Positions 1 to 9,063 of a DNA stretch of 64,000 nucleotides are shown here, in pieces. The position numbers and the translations under genes were made by a program. The notes below the pieces were generated by a model. It had not been told where the DNA came from, made no database searches, and saw nothing but the letters and a program-made list of their open reading frames with translations. This stretch comes from Spirochaetia bacterium (GTDB taxonomy: Bacteria > Spirochaetota > Spirochaetia > UBA9216): NCBI GenBank assembly GCA_963675665.1, contig OY776510.1, positions 3,296,001 through 3,360,000 on the forward strand, in the 5' to 3' direction. Every line of letters begins with the position of its first letter. The stretch's first letter is position 1.

Positions 1-795
1 GCCGCGGTCAAAGTCCTGAAGCATTGACGAGCGGTTAGGTCCCGTCTTTTCTGAAACTGAATAGACTGTTTCAAGCGGTTTGTCATATGTAAGTGTGATC
101 CCGGATTTATTACAAACCAAAACTGCTTCTTCAACAAGATCTTTCATTATTGCTTTTGTTTCATCAAAATCAAGAAGCTGGCCGTTTTTAAGTCCGGTAA
201 GAGCCGTAAGAGCATTTATTCCGACATTGATTACAAGTTTGCTCCATACAAGGCTTTCAATATTATTTTCAATATCTGCTTCAAAGCCGGACGATTTCAG
301 AACATCGATGAAAGGTAACAGTTTGTCGTTTTTTTTATCGGACATACATATATGGGTAGGGCCGTTACCTGCATGTTTGATGTGACCAGGGCCTGCAAAA
401 GTTGCTCCCTGAGAGGTAACGCCCGCGGCGGTATTTGACGGTCCGAAATGGTTTTTAAGAATCTCCTCGTTGCCATAGCCGTTTTGCAGAGTAACAACTA
501 CAGTTCCCGGTAATGCTGCAGATTTGAAATTGGAAGCAACAATTTCAGTAGCCGTAGATTTTACAAAAACAATAATAATATCCGAACCGTTTACAGCCGC
601 AGGGTCGGAACTGGCCTCAGGGTAAACCGTATCGGTTTTGCCGGTGGCAAGCGTTTCGATTATCAAACCGTTTGAATTTATTGCGTCTATATGCGCCTTG
701 TTGATGTCATACAGAACAACCTCGTTTCCCGAGGCCGAAAGCTTTCCGCCGAAAAGAGAACCCATTGCGCCCGCGCCGATAATGGATATTTTCAT
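1..795 (-). CDS. panE: 2-dehydropantoate 2-reductase (ketopantoate reductase), 3' end runs off window
   Basis: Translated by hand (absent from the ORF track because it has no stop in the window): MKISIIGAGAMGSLFGG (Rossmann), VFVKS, TLQNG, WSKLVINVGIN, NRSSMLQD. GGAGG RBS upstream of the ATG at 795. Confidence 0.92.
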   Translation of the reverse strand, partial: MKISIIGAGAMGSLFGGKLSASGNEVVLYDINKAHIDAINSNGLIIETLATGKTDTVYPEASSDPAAVNGSDIIIVFVKSTATEIVASNFKSAALPGTVVVTLQNGYGNEEILKNHFGPSNTAAGVTSQGATFAGPGHIKHAGNGPTHICMSDKKNDKLLPFIDVLKSSGFEADIENNIESLVWSKLVINVGINALTALTGLKNGQLLDFDETKAIMKDLVEEAVLVCNKSGITLTYDKPLETVYSVSEKTGPNRSSMLQDFDRG

Positions 796-810
796 TTATA
801 ACCTCCGATA

Positions 811-1776
811 TTATTTAATTCCATGTAATTCTGAATAGCTTTTTACGCCGAACATGGAGACGGCGCTTTTGACGGCATCAATAATTGCAAGAGAAGTTGC
901 GTCGGCAGCAAGCACGCAAACTGCGTCGAGCGCTGATTTAACCCCGCCGGTAGACATACAGAACATTGTATCTCCGTCGGTGGTCGTGTGTGAAGGGTTA
1001 ATGGCCCTGGCCATTCCGTCGTGGCTTACCATTGCTACCCGTTTCGCTTCAGCCTTAGTTAAATCGGCATTGGTTGCAACAACTCCTATAGTTGTATTTT
1101 TCATGAACTGTTCGGAATATTCATTCCAGCTTCCGCGCATAAGTTCGTTTACCGACCTGAAATTGCCGTCGGAATCAAGGGCGCCCGCAAGTATTTCACC
1201 TGTTTTAGGGTCGATAACGTCGCCGAGGCTGTTTACGGCAATTATTACGCCGACGACAAGGTCGCCGTTTCTGATGCTTGCAGTGCCGAGACCGCCTTTC
1301 ATAACATTGGACGGTCCCCCCGCAATTCCAATGGATGCTCCGGTTCCTGCGCCTACGCAACCCCTTTCGGCATTATCGCTGCTCATGTTACAGCAGGCCA
1401 GGTAGCCCATTTCCCGATCGGGTCTTACTTTCGGATTACCGATAAGCAGATCGTAAAGAATTGCCCCGGGAACTATCGGGACAGTAGCAAAACCCGTGTC
1501 AAAGCCTATACCTTTCTCTTCAAGGTACTGCATGACGCCGCAGGCGCCGTCCAGTCCGAATGCGCTGCCGCCCCCAAGATAAACAGCATGAGCGTGCTTA
1601 ACAAGGTTTTCCGGCGCGAGGCAGGACAGTTCCCTTGTGCCGGGGGCTCCTCCTGTACAGGAGTAACCCGTAACCGCACCGTTTGCTGCAGCAATTACAG
1701 TACATCCTGTACCGTTTTTCATATCCTGGGCATGACCGACTTTTATTCCCGGTACATCACAGATTGAATTAAGCAT
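811..1776 (-). CDS. Peptidase S58/P1 family (DmpA/ThnT/NylC-like Ntn hydrolase)
   Basis: Motifs DVPGIKVGHA, GGAPGTRE, GGSAFGL, PIVPGAILYDL, GAGTGA, the NTT autocleavage/nucleophile site, and HTTTDGD. Confidence 0.88.
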   Translation of the reverse strand: MLNSICDVPGIKVGHAQDMKNGTGCTVIAAANGAVTGYSCTGGAPGTRELSCLAPENLVKHAHAVYLGGGSAFGLDGACGVMQYLEEKGIGFDTGFATVPIVPGAILYDLLIGNPKVRPDREMGYLACCNMSSDNAERGCVGAGTGASIGIAGGPSNVMKGGLGTASIRNGDLVVGVIIAVNSLGDVIDPKTGEILAGALDSDGNFRSVNELMRGSWNEYSEQFMKNTTIGVVATNADLTKAEAKRVAMVSHDGMARAINPSHTTTDGDTMFCMSTGGVKSALDAVCVLAADATSLAIIDAVKSAVSMFGVKSYSELHGIK

Positions 1777-1788
1777 GTTAGACCTCGA

Positions 1789-2985
1789 TTATTTATTTAG
1801 TGTTTCTTCAGTTTCAACGGCTATCATCATCTCTTCATCAGTCGGGATGACGAGAATTTTCACTCTTGAATCTTCAGCGGATATCAGAGCTTCCTTCCGG
1901 CAACCCCTGTTACGTTTTTCATCAATTTTGATTCCCAGAAACTCAAGCCCGACGCATATTGAGGATCTTATTGTATCGGAATTCTCTCCGACGCCGGCAG
2001 TAAAAATAAGAGCATCCATTCTACCGTTAAGGCTGGGCATAAGCGCCCCTATATACCTGCGGATTGAACGCGTAAAGACATTAAGCGCCAGGACGGCCCG
2101 CTGATTCCCGTTATCAGCAGCTTCAAGAATATCACGAATGTCGCTTGATATTCCGCTGAGTCCGAGAAGCCCTGATTTTTTATAGATAAGTTCCTTAACA
2201 TAATCCACTGAATATCCCAAATTGCCGATAAGCTGAAGCACGACCTCAGGGTCTACGTCTCCTGATCTTGTTCCCATGGGAACCCCGCAGACAGTGCCGT
2301 AGCCGAGTGATGTATCAACTCCCGAACCGCCGATTGATGCTGCAAGGGTAACGCCGCCGCCGATATGGCAGCTTATTGTATGAAGATTTTTCAATGGTAT
2401 ACCCAGTATCTCCGCAGCCCTGATATTGATATATTTATGAGATGCGCCGTGATAACCGAATTTTCTGAAACCGTGTTCGGAATAGCAGGCGTAATCGAGT
2501 GCATATATATATGCTTCCTGTTCCATACCGCTGTAATACGCTGTGTCGAACGATGCAACATGAGGAATATCAGGAAGTTTTTGCTGGGCAGCCTGGACTC
2601 CCAACAGGCAGGCAGGATTATGAAGCGGGGCAAGAGGCGTATATTTTTTAATTTCAATTAAAAGTTCAGGCGTTATTAAAACCGGTCCGGACATTCCTGC
2701 ACCGCCCTGAACAATCCTGTGGCCGACTGCGTGTATTTCGGAAATATCTTTAATCAAGCCGGCGGAAGGGGCAATAATACTTTCAAGCGCATAGTCTATT
2801 GCCGTGTTGTGATCCGGAATATCAAGTTCTTTAACAATTTTATCCCGGCCGGAAGGCTGGAAATTGAGAATTCCGTCAATTCCGATACGTTCAATAAGCC
2901 CTTTGGCCAGGGTAATCTTTTTACCGGTTTCTATCAATTGAAATTTAAGCGATGAACTGCCGCTGTTGATTACAAGTATATTCAT
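1789..2985 (-). CDS. ackA: Acetate kinase family protein with atypical acyl pocket
   Basis: INSGSSSLK, GHR, APLHNP, FDTA, GTRSGD, FTAGVGEN, PTDEE. Start moved to the ATG at 2985 because a GGAGG RBS precedes it. Confidence 0.85.
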   Translation of the reverse strand: MNILVINSGSSSLKFQLIETGKKITLAKGLIERIGIDGILNFQPSGRDKIVKELDIPDHNTAIDYALESIIAPSAGLIKDISEIHAVGHRIVQGGAGMSGPVLITPELLIEIKKYTPLAPLHNPACLLGVQAAQQKLPDIPHVASFDTAYYSGMEQEAYIYALDYACYSEHGFRKFGYHGASHKYINIRAAEILGIPLKNLHTISCHIGGGVTLAASIGGSGVDTSLGYGTVCGVPMGTRSGDVDPEVVLQLIGNLGYSVDYVKELIYKKSGLLGLSGISSDIRDILEAADNGNQRAVLALNVFTRSIRRYIGALMPSLNGRMDALIFTAGVGENSDTIRSSICVGLEFLGIKIDEKRNRGCRKEALISAEDSRVKILVIPTDEEMMIAVETEETLNK

Positions 2986-3007
2986 ATAATAGCCTCCGAA
3001 GTACGGA

Positions 3008-3036
3008 TATCTTAGCATATTTGCGCAAACATTCAA
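3008..3036 (-). promoter_or_regulatory. sigma70-like promoter of the ack-S58-panE operon, with a palindromic operator (3017-3032) overlapping the spacer
   Basis: Minus strand reads TTGAAT-16nt-TAAGAT with a TG extension. ATATTTGCGCAAACAT at 3017-3032 is one mismatch from a perfect palindrome. Confidence 0.55.
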
Positions 3037-3128
3037 GTAAAAGATTCAAAAACAATGCTGTTAAGAAAAGTAATAATGGGTTATAGTAGAAGCACAAAAA
3101 GAAAATATGGAATTAAGAGGAGAATTAT

Positions 3129-3995
3129 ATGAGTTCGCATCCTGAAGAAACAAAAAAACTGCTCACAGCAGATTTGCAGAAGATGAAAGACAACGGAGAA
3201 AAGATTTCAATGATCACAGCTTATTCATATCCGCAGGGGATGATAGTCGATCAGGCCGGAATAGATATAATACTGGTAGGTGATTCTCTCGGAATGGTTG
3301 AGCTTGGTTATATTGATACTGTGCCTGTAACAATGGACGAAATGCTTATGCATACAAAAGCTGTAACAAGAGCCGTAAAACGCGCTCATATAGTAGGTGA
3401 TTTACCGTTTATGTCATACAACATTTCAACCGAACAGGCTGTTACAAATGCCGGTATTCTTTACAAGGACGGACGGGCCGATTCGGTTAAATTTGAAGGC
3501 GGTCAGGATTATGCAAATATAGCCTCTGCAGTTACCCGGGCGGGAATACCTTTTTTTGCTCATATTGGACTGACTCCGCAGACAGCAGCCATGCTGGGCG
3601 GTTTCAAGGTACAGGGAAAGTCAATTGACGCGGCAAAGGCAGTTCTTGACGATGCACTTGCAATGCAGGATGCCGGTGCATTCGCTATAATTCTCGAAGC
3701 TATTCCTCAGCAGCTTGCAGCGATTATTACTGAGAAACTTACAATACCCACAGTTGGAATAGGGGCCGGACCGGACTGTGCGGGCCAGGTACTTGTACTG
3801 CATGATATGGTTGGATTGTTTAAGAGGTTTACACCGAAATTTGTAAAGGTTTACGCTGACATGTATACTACACAGCTGGACGCAGTAAAGAATTATATAA
3901 GTGATGTGAAGGATGTAAAATTTCCTGCTGAAGAGCATAGTTTTAATATGAAGCAGGATATGGTTGAAGAACTTAAAAAAGCAATCGGGGTATAA
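3129..3995 (+). CDS. panB: 3-methyl-2-oxobutanoate hydroxymethyltransferase
   Basis: ILVGDSLGM, DLPFMSY, VKFEGG, HIGLTPQ, GIGAG, GQVLVLHD. GAGGAG RBS. Confidence 0.95.
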   Translation: MSSHPEETKKLLTADLQKMKDNGEKISMITAYSYPQGMIVDQAGIDIILVGDSLGMVELGYIDTVPVTMDEMLMHTKAVTRAVKRAHIVGDLPFMSYNISTEQAVTNAGILYKDGRADSVKFEGGQDYANIASAVTRAGIPFFAHIGLTPQTAAMLGGFKVQGKSIDAAKAVLDDALAMQDAGAFAIILEAIPQQLAAIITEKLTIPTVGIGAGPDCAGQVLVLHDMVGLFKRFTPKFVKVYADMYTTQLDAVKNYISDVKDVKFPAEEHSFNMKQDMVEELKKAIGV

Positions 3996-4907
3996 ATGTC
4001 GGCGGAATTAATAAAAGGCTCAGTAATCCGTGAGGAGATCCTCACGGAACTGAGGGCCGAGACTGAGGAGCTTAAAAAAAAATACGGGAAAGTTCCCGGA
4101 CTGGTAACAATTCTTGTCGGAGAAAGCCCGGCATCTGTTTCTTATGTTACCCTGAAGATCAAGACAGCCAAAAGTTTGGGGTATAATGAAATTCAGGACA
4201 GCAGGTCTGTTAATATTACGGAAGAAGAATTGCTTGAGCTGATCAAAAAGTATAATAAAGATGACAGTATAAACGGAATTCTTGTTCAGTTGCCGCTGCC
4301 GGACCATATTGATGAAAAGAAAGTCATTAATGCAATTGATCCTGACAAAGACGTCGACGGCTTTCATCCTGTAAATGTCGGACGTCTAATGATAGGCGGC
4401 GATGAGGTGCTGTTTCCGCCGTGTACACCGGCAGCAATACAGGAGATGATACTTCGGGCGGGCGTGGAAACCAGAGGCGCTGAAGTCGTAGTAGTAGGCA
4501 GATCCAATATTGTCGGAAAACCAATCGCAAATATGATGCTTCAAAAGGGGCCGGGAGCTAATTCCACGGTGACTGTTGTTCATACCGGAACAAAAGACCT
4601 CGCTGCTCACTGTCTGCGGGCAGATATACTTATAGTTGCTGCAGGAGTCCCGGGCTTGGTCAAACCAGAATGGATAAAGCGCGGAGCCTGTGTAATCGAT
4701 GTGGGTGTTAACAGGATCGGCGAAAAGGTAAGTGAAAAAACAGGCAAAACTATTGCAGTGTTGAAAGGCGATGTTGATTTTGAAGCGGCCCGTGAGCGGG
4801 CCGGCTGGATAACCCCGGTTCCGGGAGGTGTCGGACCGATGACTATTACAATGCTGATGAAGAATACTTTAAAATCGTTTAAAAACAGTCTCGGAATAAA
4901 AATATAA
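3996..4907 (+). CDS. folD: Methylenetetrahydrofolate dehydrogenase/cyclohydrolase
   Basis: GILVQLPLP, KDVDGFH, PCTP, GRSNIVGKP, TPVPGGVGPMT. Abuts the panB stop codon. Confidence 0.95.
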   Translation: MSAELIKGSVIREEILTELRAETEELKKKYGKVPGLVTILVGESPASVSYVTLKIKTAKSLGYNEIQDSRSVNITEEELLELIKKYNKDDSINGILVQLPLPDHIDEKKVINAIDPDKDVDGFHPVNVGRLMIGGDEVLFPPCTPAAIQEMILRAGVETRGAEVVVVGRSNIVGKPIANMMLQKGPGANSTVTVVHTGTKDLAAHCLRADILIVAAGVPGLVKPEWIKRGACVIDVGVNRIGEKVSEKTGKTIAVLKGDVDFEAARERAGWITPVPGGVGPMTITMLMKNTLKSFKNSLGIKI

Positions 4908-4962
4908 CAATTAATTGGCTGAAATATCCGGAGAGAAGATTTTATTTATGGATATCCAGGGT

Positions 4963-4994
4963 ACATCTCTATAAACTGCAGTTTTTAGAGATGT
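4963..4994. repeat. REP-like palindrome, copy 1
   Basis: ACATCTCTATAAACTGCAGTTTTTAGAGATGT, a 32-bp inverted repeat with one mismatch. Confidence 0.8.
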
Positions 4995-5049
4995 CCTTAT
5001 TTTAAAAGCTTAATAAATTATGTAAATTAAGACAGAAAGTTTAAAAAAA

Positions 5050-6144
5050 GTGAAAATGGAAATTGACAGGTACCAAAAAGAATATATACAACACATTACA
5101 ATAATTGCTTCAAAATGTATTTTCCTGATATCATTATCAGCCTTCCTGGTAAACGGAGCATGGTTCTTTTTTGATGATTTTAAAAAGACCCTGTTCCAGG
5201 AAAGTGTAATTCTAAGCGCAACAATGTTCAGCTTTATTAATATTCATTTATCTAAACGAGGTTATATTTTACAGGTATTCAGATGCTATCTTGTATACGG
5301 CCTTTTTTTCGGAGTAATGATAATGTGGAGCGCCGGTGATTTTTTTATTTTTACCGGAATATCAATAATTTCAATATGTTCCCTTATGGCAATTTTTGCA
5401 ATGCAGCGAAAAGAATCGGTTTTCTGGTGTATAATGTATTTTTCAGCCGGAATAGCAGGTTTGTTTTTAAGATATTTTATTAATATATGGGAATCAGGGT
5501 TTTCGTTAATACAAACCGTTCAGATTTCAATTTTTATGTTTATCGCAATTGGAGCATTTATTTTTTTGGGTGTAAATATTTCCTCAATGTTGAAAACTGC
5601 AATGAATAATATAAATGTTCAGAAACAGGAAATTGAGGAATATGCGTCTAAACTTTATAAGTTGTCTATTACGGACAAATTGACAGGATTGAATAACAGG
5701 CTCCATCTCGACGAAGTTTTAAATTCGGAGCTGGAAAGATCTAAAAGATATAATGCATTTTTCGCTGTTATTATGATGGATATTGATTATTTTAAAAAAG
5801 TGAACGACAGATACGGGCATCAGAAAGGCGATGAAGTTTTAAAAAAAATATCGGAATTAATTATTGAAAATATCAGATCTACAGATGTCGCCGGGCGCTG
5901 GGGTGGAGAGGAATTCCTGGTAATCTGTCCCGAATCCGATTCAGCTTCTGCGGAAAAACTTGCGGAAAAGATGAGAATTATAATTGAAAATTACGAGTTT
6001 ATGCTTACATACAATCTGACTGCAAGCTTCGGAATCAGCCAGTATGAAAGTACAGATGACATAGCAAATATCATCTGTAAAACCGACAGAGCCCTTTATC
6101 AGGCAAAACACGAAGGCAGAAACCGGGTAATTGTAAGTAAATGA
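5050..6144 (+). CDS. Membrane-bound diguanylate cyclase (GGDEF)
   Basis: Several hydrophobic helices, then TDKLTGLNNR, DIDYFKKVNDRYGH, an RSTD I-site and GGEEF. Start is GTG 5050 or ATG 5056. Confidence 0.9.
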   Translation: MKMEIDRYQKEYIQHITIIASKCIFLISLSAFLVNGAWFFFDDFKKTLFQESVILSATMFSFINIHLSKRGYILQVFRCYLVYGLFFGVMIMWSAGDFFIFTGISIISICSLMAIFAMQRKESVFWCIMYFSAGIAGLFLRYFINIWESGFSLIQTVQISIFMFIAIGAFIFLGVNISSMLKTAMNNINVQKQEIEEYASKLYKLSITDKLTGLNNRLHLDEVLNSELERSKRYNAFFAVIMMDIDYFKKVNDRYGHQKGDEVLKKISELIIENIRSTDVAGRWGGEEFLVICPESDSASAEKLAEKMRIIIENYEFMLTYNLTASFGISQYESTDDIANIICKTDRALYQAKHEGRNRVIVSK

Positions 6145-6170
6145 ATCCGTAATATTTTTTTCTGTCGCAG

Positions 6171-7934
6171 CTAAAACAAGCCTTTAACCTTGCCGGTATT
6201 TACGTCTACATCAATGCGTCTGAAAGCCGGATCTGAAGCCGTTCCGGGCATTAATTTTATATCACCGGCTACCGGGACTATAAAACCTGCACCCTGATAG
6301 ATTAGAATATCACGTATCGGAAGTGTCCAGCCTGTTGGGCGGCCCTTGATTGACGGGTCATGAGACAGGCTGAGATGAGTTTTTACCATACAGGTCCCAA
6401 GCGTCGCAAGGCTTTTGTCTGACTGAATATCTTCAAGCTTTTTAAGAGCTTCAGGAGTGTAACTTACGCCGTCGGCTCCGTAAACTTCTTTTGCTATAAG
6501 CTCAATTCTTTTTCCAAGAGGCGTATTATCCGAATAAAGAAATCTGAAATCAGGAGTAATTTCGCATGCTTTTACAACAGCCTCGGCCAGTTCGATTGCA
6601 CCTTCGCCGCCCTTTTCCCAGTGTCTGGAAACAGCAACGCCTGCTCCGGCAGCAATGCATGCGTCTTTTATAACCTGAAGCTCATTTTCAGTATCAGTAT
6701 AAAAATGGTTGATACAGACAACGGCGGGTACTCCGCTTTTTTTAACTGTTTCAATGTGTTTAAGAAGGTTTTCCAGGCCTTTCTTTACAAGCGAGGTGTT
6801 TTCTTCAGTATAAGCTTTATCCAGCGGTTTGCCCGGAGCTACACGTGGGCCGCCTCCGTGCATTTTTAACGCCCGTACGGTACAGACAATAACGGAGCAG
6901 TTGGGGGTAAGCCCTGAAAATCTGCATTTAAGGTTCCAGAATTTTTCAAAACCTATATCCGCTCCGAATCCGCTCTCGGTTACATGGTAATCTGCAAGTT
7001 TCAATCCAAGTCTGTCTGCAATTATCGATGACTGCCCGATCGCTATGTTTGCGAAAGGACCGGCATGAACCAGAACGGGCTGTCCTTCAATTGTCTGCAT
7101 AAGATTCGGGTTGATTGCTTTCGACATAATAGCCGTCATTGCTCCGTCAACTTCAAGATCCGCAGCGGTTACAGGCGCACCTTTTTTATCGTATCCTACA
7201 ATCATTCTTGAAATTCTTTCGCGCATATCTTTCAAATCTTTTGCTACGGCAAGTATGGCCATTATTTCGGAAGAAACGGTTATCTGGAAACCGCTTTTCA
7301 TCATGAATCCGTCCATCTTTCCGCCGAGACCGATAATGATTTCTCTCAGTGCCTGTGCCGAGAAATCAATGGCCCATCCGATTGCCGGATTGCTCGGGTC
7401 AATATCAAGACGTTTCACATTTTTCTTTTTCAGGGTTTCATCACTGTAATTGAACTCATGCTGAATACGGCTGGTTAGAGCAACCATTGCAAGATTATGG
7501 GCGTTTGTTATTGCATCGTTATCGCCAGTAAGTCCCAGACTGAAGTCAGAAAGGGGAATACACTGGGCCAGGCCGCCTCCTGCAGCGGAACCTTTTATAT
7601 TGAAGGTAGGACCGCCTGAAGGCTGACGAATTGCCCCGGCAACTGATTTCCCGATTTTTCCGAGACCCTGGACAAGTCCCATGGTCGTAGTTGTTTTTCC
7701 TTCGCCCAAAGGCGTGGGATTGATGGCGGTAACCTCAATATATTTTCCGTTTGGTTTATTTTCGAGGCGGTCGAGAATTGCCTTATAGTCAAGTTTGCCG
7801 ATATAGTGACCGTACGGAAGGACTTCTTCATCCTTGAGGCCGAGATCTTCGGCAATTTGACGAACTGTTTTCATGTTTTTTTCTGAAAGTTCAGCGATCT
7901 CCCAGTCTTTAAGTTTTGTAGGATCAAGTTTCAT
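6171..7934 (-). CDS. fhs: Formate--tetrahydrofolate ligase
   Basis: [46 protein letters not shown]. Start set at MKLDPTK (7934), which has a GGAG RBS. Confidence 0.95.
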   Translation of the reverse strand: MKLDPTKLKDWEIAELSEKNMKTVRQIAEDLGLKDEEVLPYGHYIGKLDYKAILDRLENKPNGKYIEVTAINPTPLGEGKTTTTMGLVQGLGKIGKSVAGAIRQPSGGPTFNIKGSAAGGGLAQCIPLSDFSLGLTGDNDAITNAHNLAMVALTSRIQHEFNYSDETLKKKNVKRLDIDPSNPAIGWAIDFSAQALREIIIGLGGKMDGFMMKSGFQITVSSEIMAILAVAKDLKDMRERISRMIVGYDKKGAPVTAADLEVDGAMTAIMSKAINPNLMQTIEGQPVLVHAGPFANIAIGQSSIIADRLGLKLADYHVTESGFGADIGFEKFWNLKCRFSGLTPNCSVIVCTVRALKMHGGGPRVAPGKPLDKAYTEENTSLVKKGLENLLKHIETVKKSGVPAVVCINHFYTDTENELQVIKDACIAAGAGVAVSRHWEKGGEGAIELAEAVVKACEITPDFRFLYSDNTPLGKRIELIAKEVYGADGVSYTPEALKKLEDIQSDKSLATLGTCMVKTHLSLSHDPSIKGRPTGWTLPIRDILIYQGAGFIVPVAGDIKLMPGTASDPAFRRIDVDVNTGKVKGLF

Positions 7935-7983
7935 TTTTGCTCCAGAAAAGAAGTTGTAAAAAGTTATTTTCAATAAAAAGAAG

Positions 7984-8011
7984 ATCTCCAAAAACTGCAG
8001 TTTTTGGAGAT
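7984..8011. repeat. REP-like palindrome, copy 2
   Basis: ATCTCCAAAAACTGCAGTTTTTGGAGAT, a perfect 28-bp palindrome. Confidence 0.8.
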
Positions 8012-8020
8012 TCCAATATT

Positions 8021-8923
8021 TTAATAAACAAGCAGCGTATCTTTCAGATACTGGTTATAGCTTGTTTCATACCAGAACGGGGCGAGAATACCTCCGGCAT
8101 ATGTGGCGGTATAAAGAAGACCGGTTCCGGCTATCAGGGGGATGCTGTCTGTTAAAGCGATGGACAATATAAATGCCGCAGTTGTGCCTATGCTCAGAAA
8201 ACCGAGTTCATTGAAGCCCTGCAAGAAATTACCACCGATGCCGAATGTTACAGCATTAACCAGCATGGCTACAATAGAATTGTCGAGAGCATTATCGTTG
8301 TATAATTCTCTTCTTAGAACCTGGTCGGTAATCTGCATTGCCGGAGTATCGATCTCTATTTCTTTGAAATCAAGCAAAGCAGCAAATCCGATTTCACTTA
8401 TAAGCTGTGTCAATGTCTCGGCATCATAGGCTCCTTCATCATCATTAGCCAAAATAATACTTCCGTCTCCGGAAAGCTCAGCAGCAGCTTCAGCCGAAAG
8501 ATTAAGAAAGGTATCTATATTAACACCTGTTTTTTTAACGGATTTTTCAATTTCACCGGTCTGCACATTGATTTTGTCTATAACAAGAATATATTTATTC
8601 CCGAATTTACTTAAATTCCCGAGAAAGAGGTAATTTACTGAAAGGAGTTCCCCTATTTCTGATGCTGAAGCTTCATTTGTAAGTCCCTTCATTGTAAGTT
8701 CATGTTCATTAAGAATGGACTGCATATTGCCCCTTTCAAGTACTATAAACTGACCGGCAGCAACAAGATCGGATCTGAAAAAATCAGCAATAGCCAAAGC
8801 GTCAGATTCCTGAACATCCTTTGCTTCGAAATCAAGGACCGCTACTCTCTCCCTGGAAAATGCAGGCAGTGAAACAACGAAAATAAGGACAATTAAAATA
8901 ATAATCATTTTTTTTATAGTCAT
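8021..8923 (-). CDS. Exported protein: CsgG/HfaB-like N-domain plus Borrelia P13-like C-terminal membrane domain
   Basis: Signal peptide. VAVLDF...[20 protein letters not shown] matches the CsgG/HfaB pattern. The C-terminus [16 protein letters not shown]...[17 protein letters not shown] resembles P13. Confidence 0.55.
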   Translation of the reverse strand: MTIKKMIIILIVLIFVVSLPAFSRERVAVLDFEAKDVQESDALAIADFFRSDLVAAGQFIVLERGNMQSILNEHELTMKGLTNEASASEIGELLSVNYLFLGNLSKFGNKYILVIDKINVQTGEIEKSVKKTGVNIDTFLNLSAEAAAELSGDGSIILANDDEGAYDAETLTQLISEIGFAALLDFKEIEIDTPAMQITDQVLRRELYNDNALDNSIVAMLVNAVTFGIGGNFLQGFNELGFLSIGTTAAFILSIALTDSIPLIAGTGLLYTATYAGGILAPFWYETSYNQYLKDTLLVY

Positions 8924-8958
8924 AAAATACCTCGTAATGTTTAAACCAATATTGCTAA

Positions 8959-8987
8959 ATTGTATTATTTATGCATATTGGTGTCAA
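8959..8987 (-). promoter_or_regulatory. sigma70 promoter for the 8923 gene
   Basis: Minus strand TTGACA-17nt-TACAAT. Confidence 0.7.
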
Positions 8988-8995
8988 TCATAAAG

Positions 8996-9036
8996 AAAAG
9001 CCGGCAGTCGGGAAGCATGAACCCGTACAGCCGGCA
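8996..9036 (-). terminator. Probable intrinsic terminator after the carbamoylase pair
   Basis: Imperfect GCCGGC..CGGG/CCCG..GCCGGC stem followed by TTTT on the minus strand. Confidence 0.5.
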
Positions 9037-9063
9037 GACTTATAATTTGTTTTAAAAGGTGGT

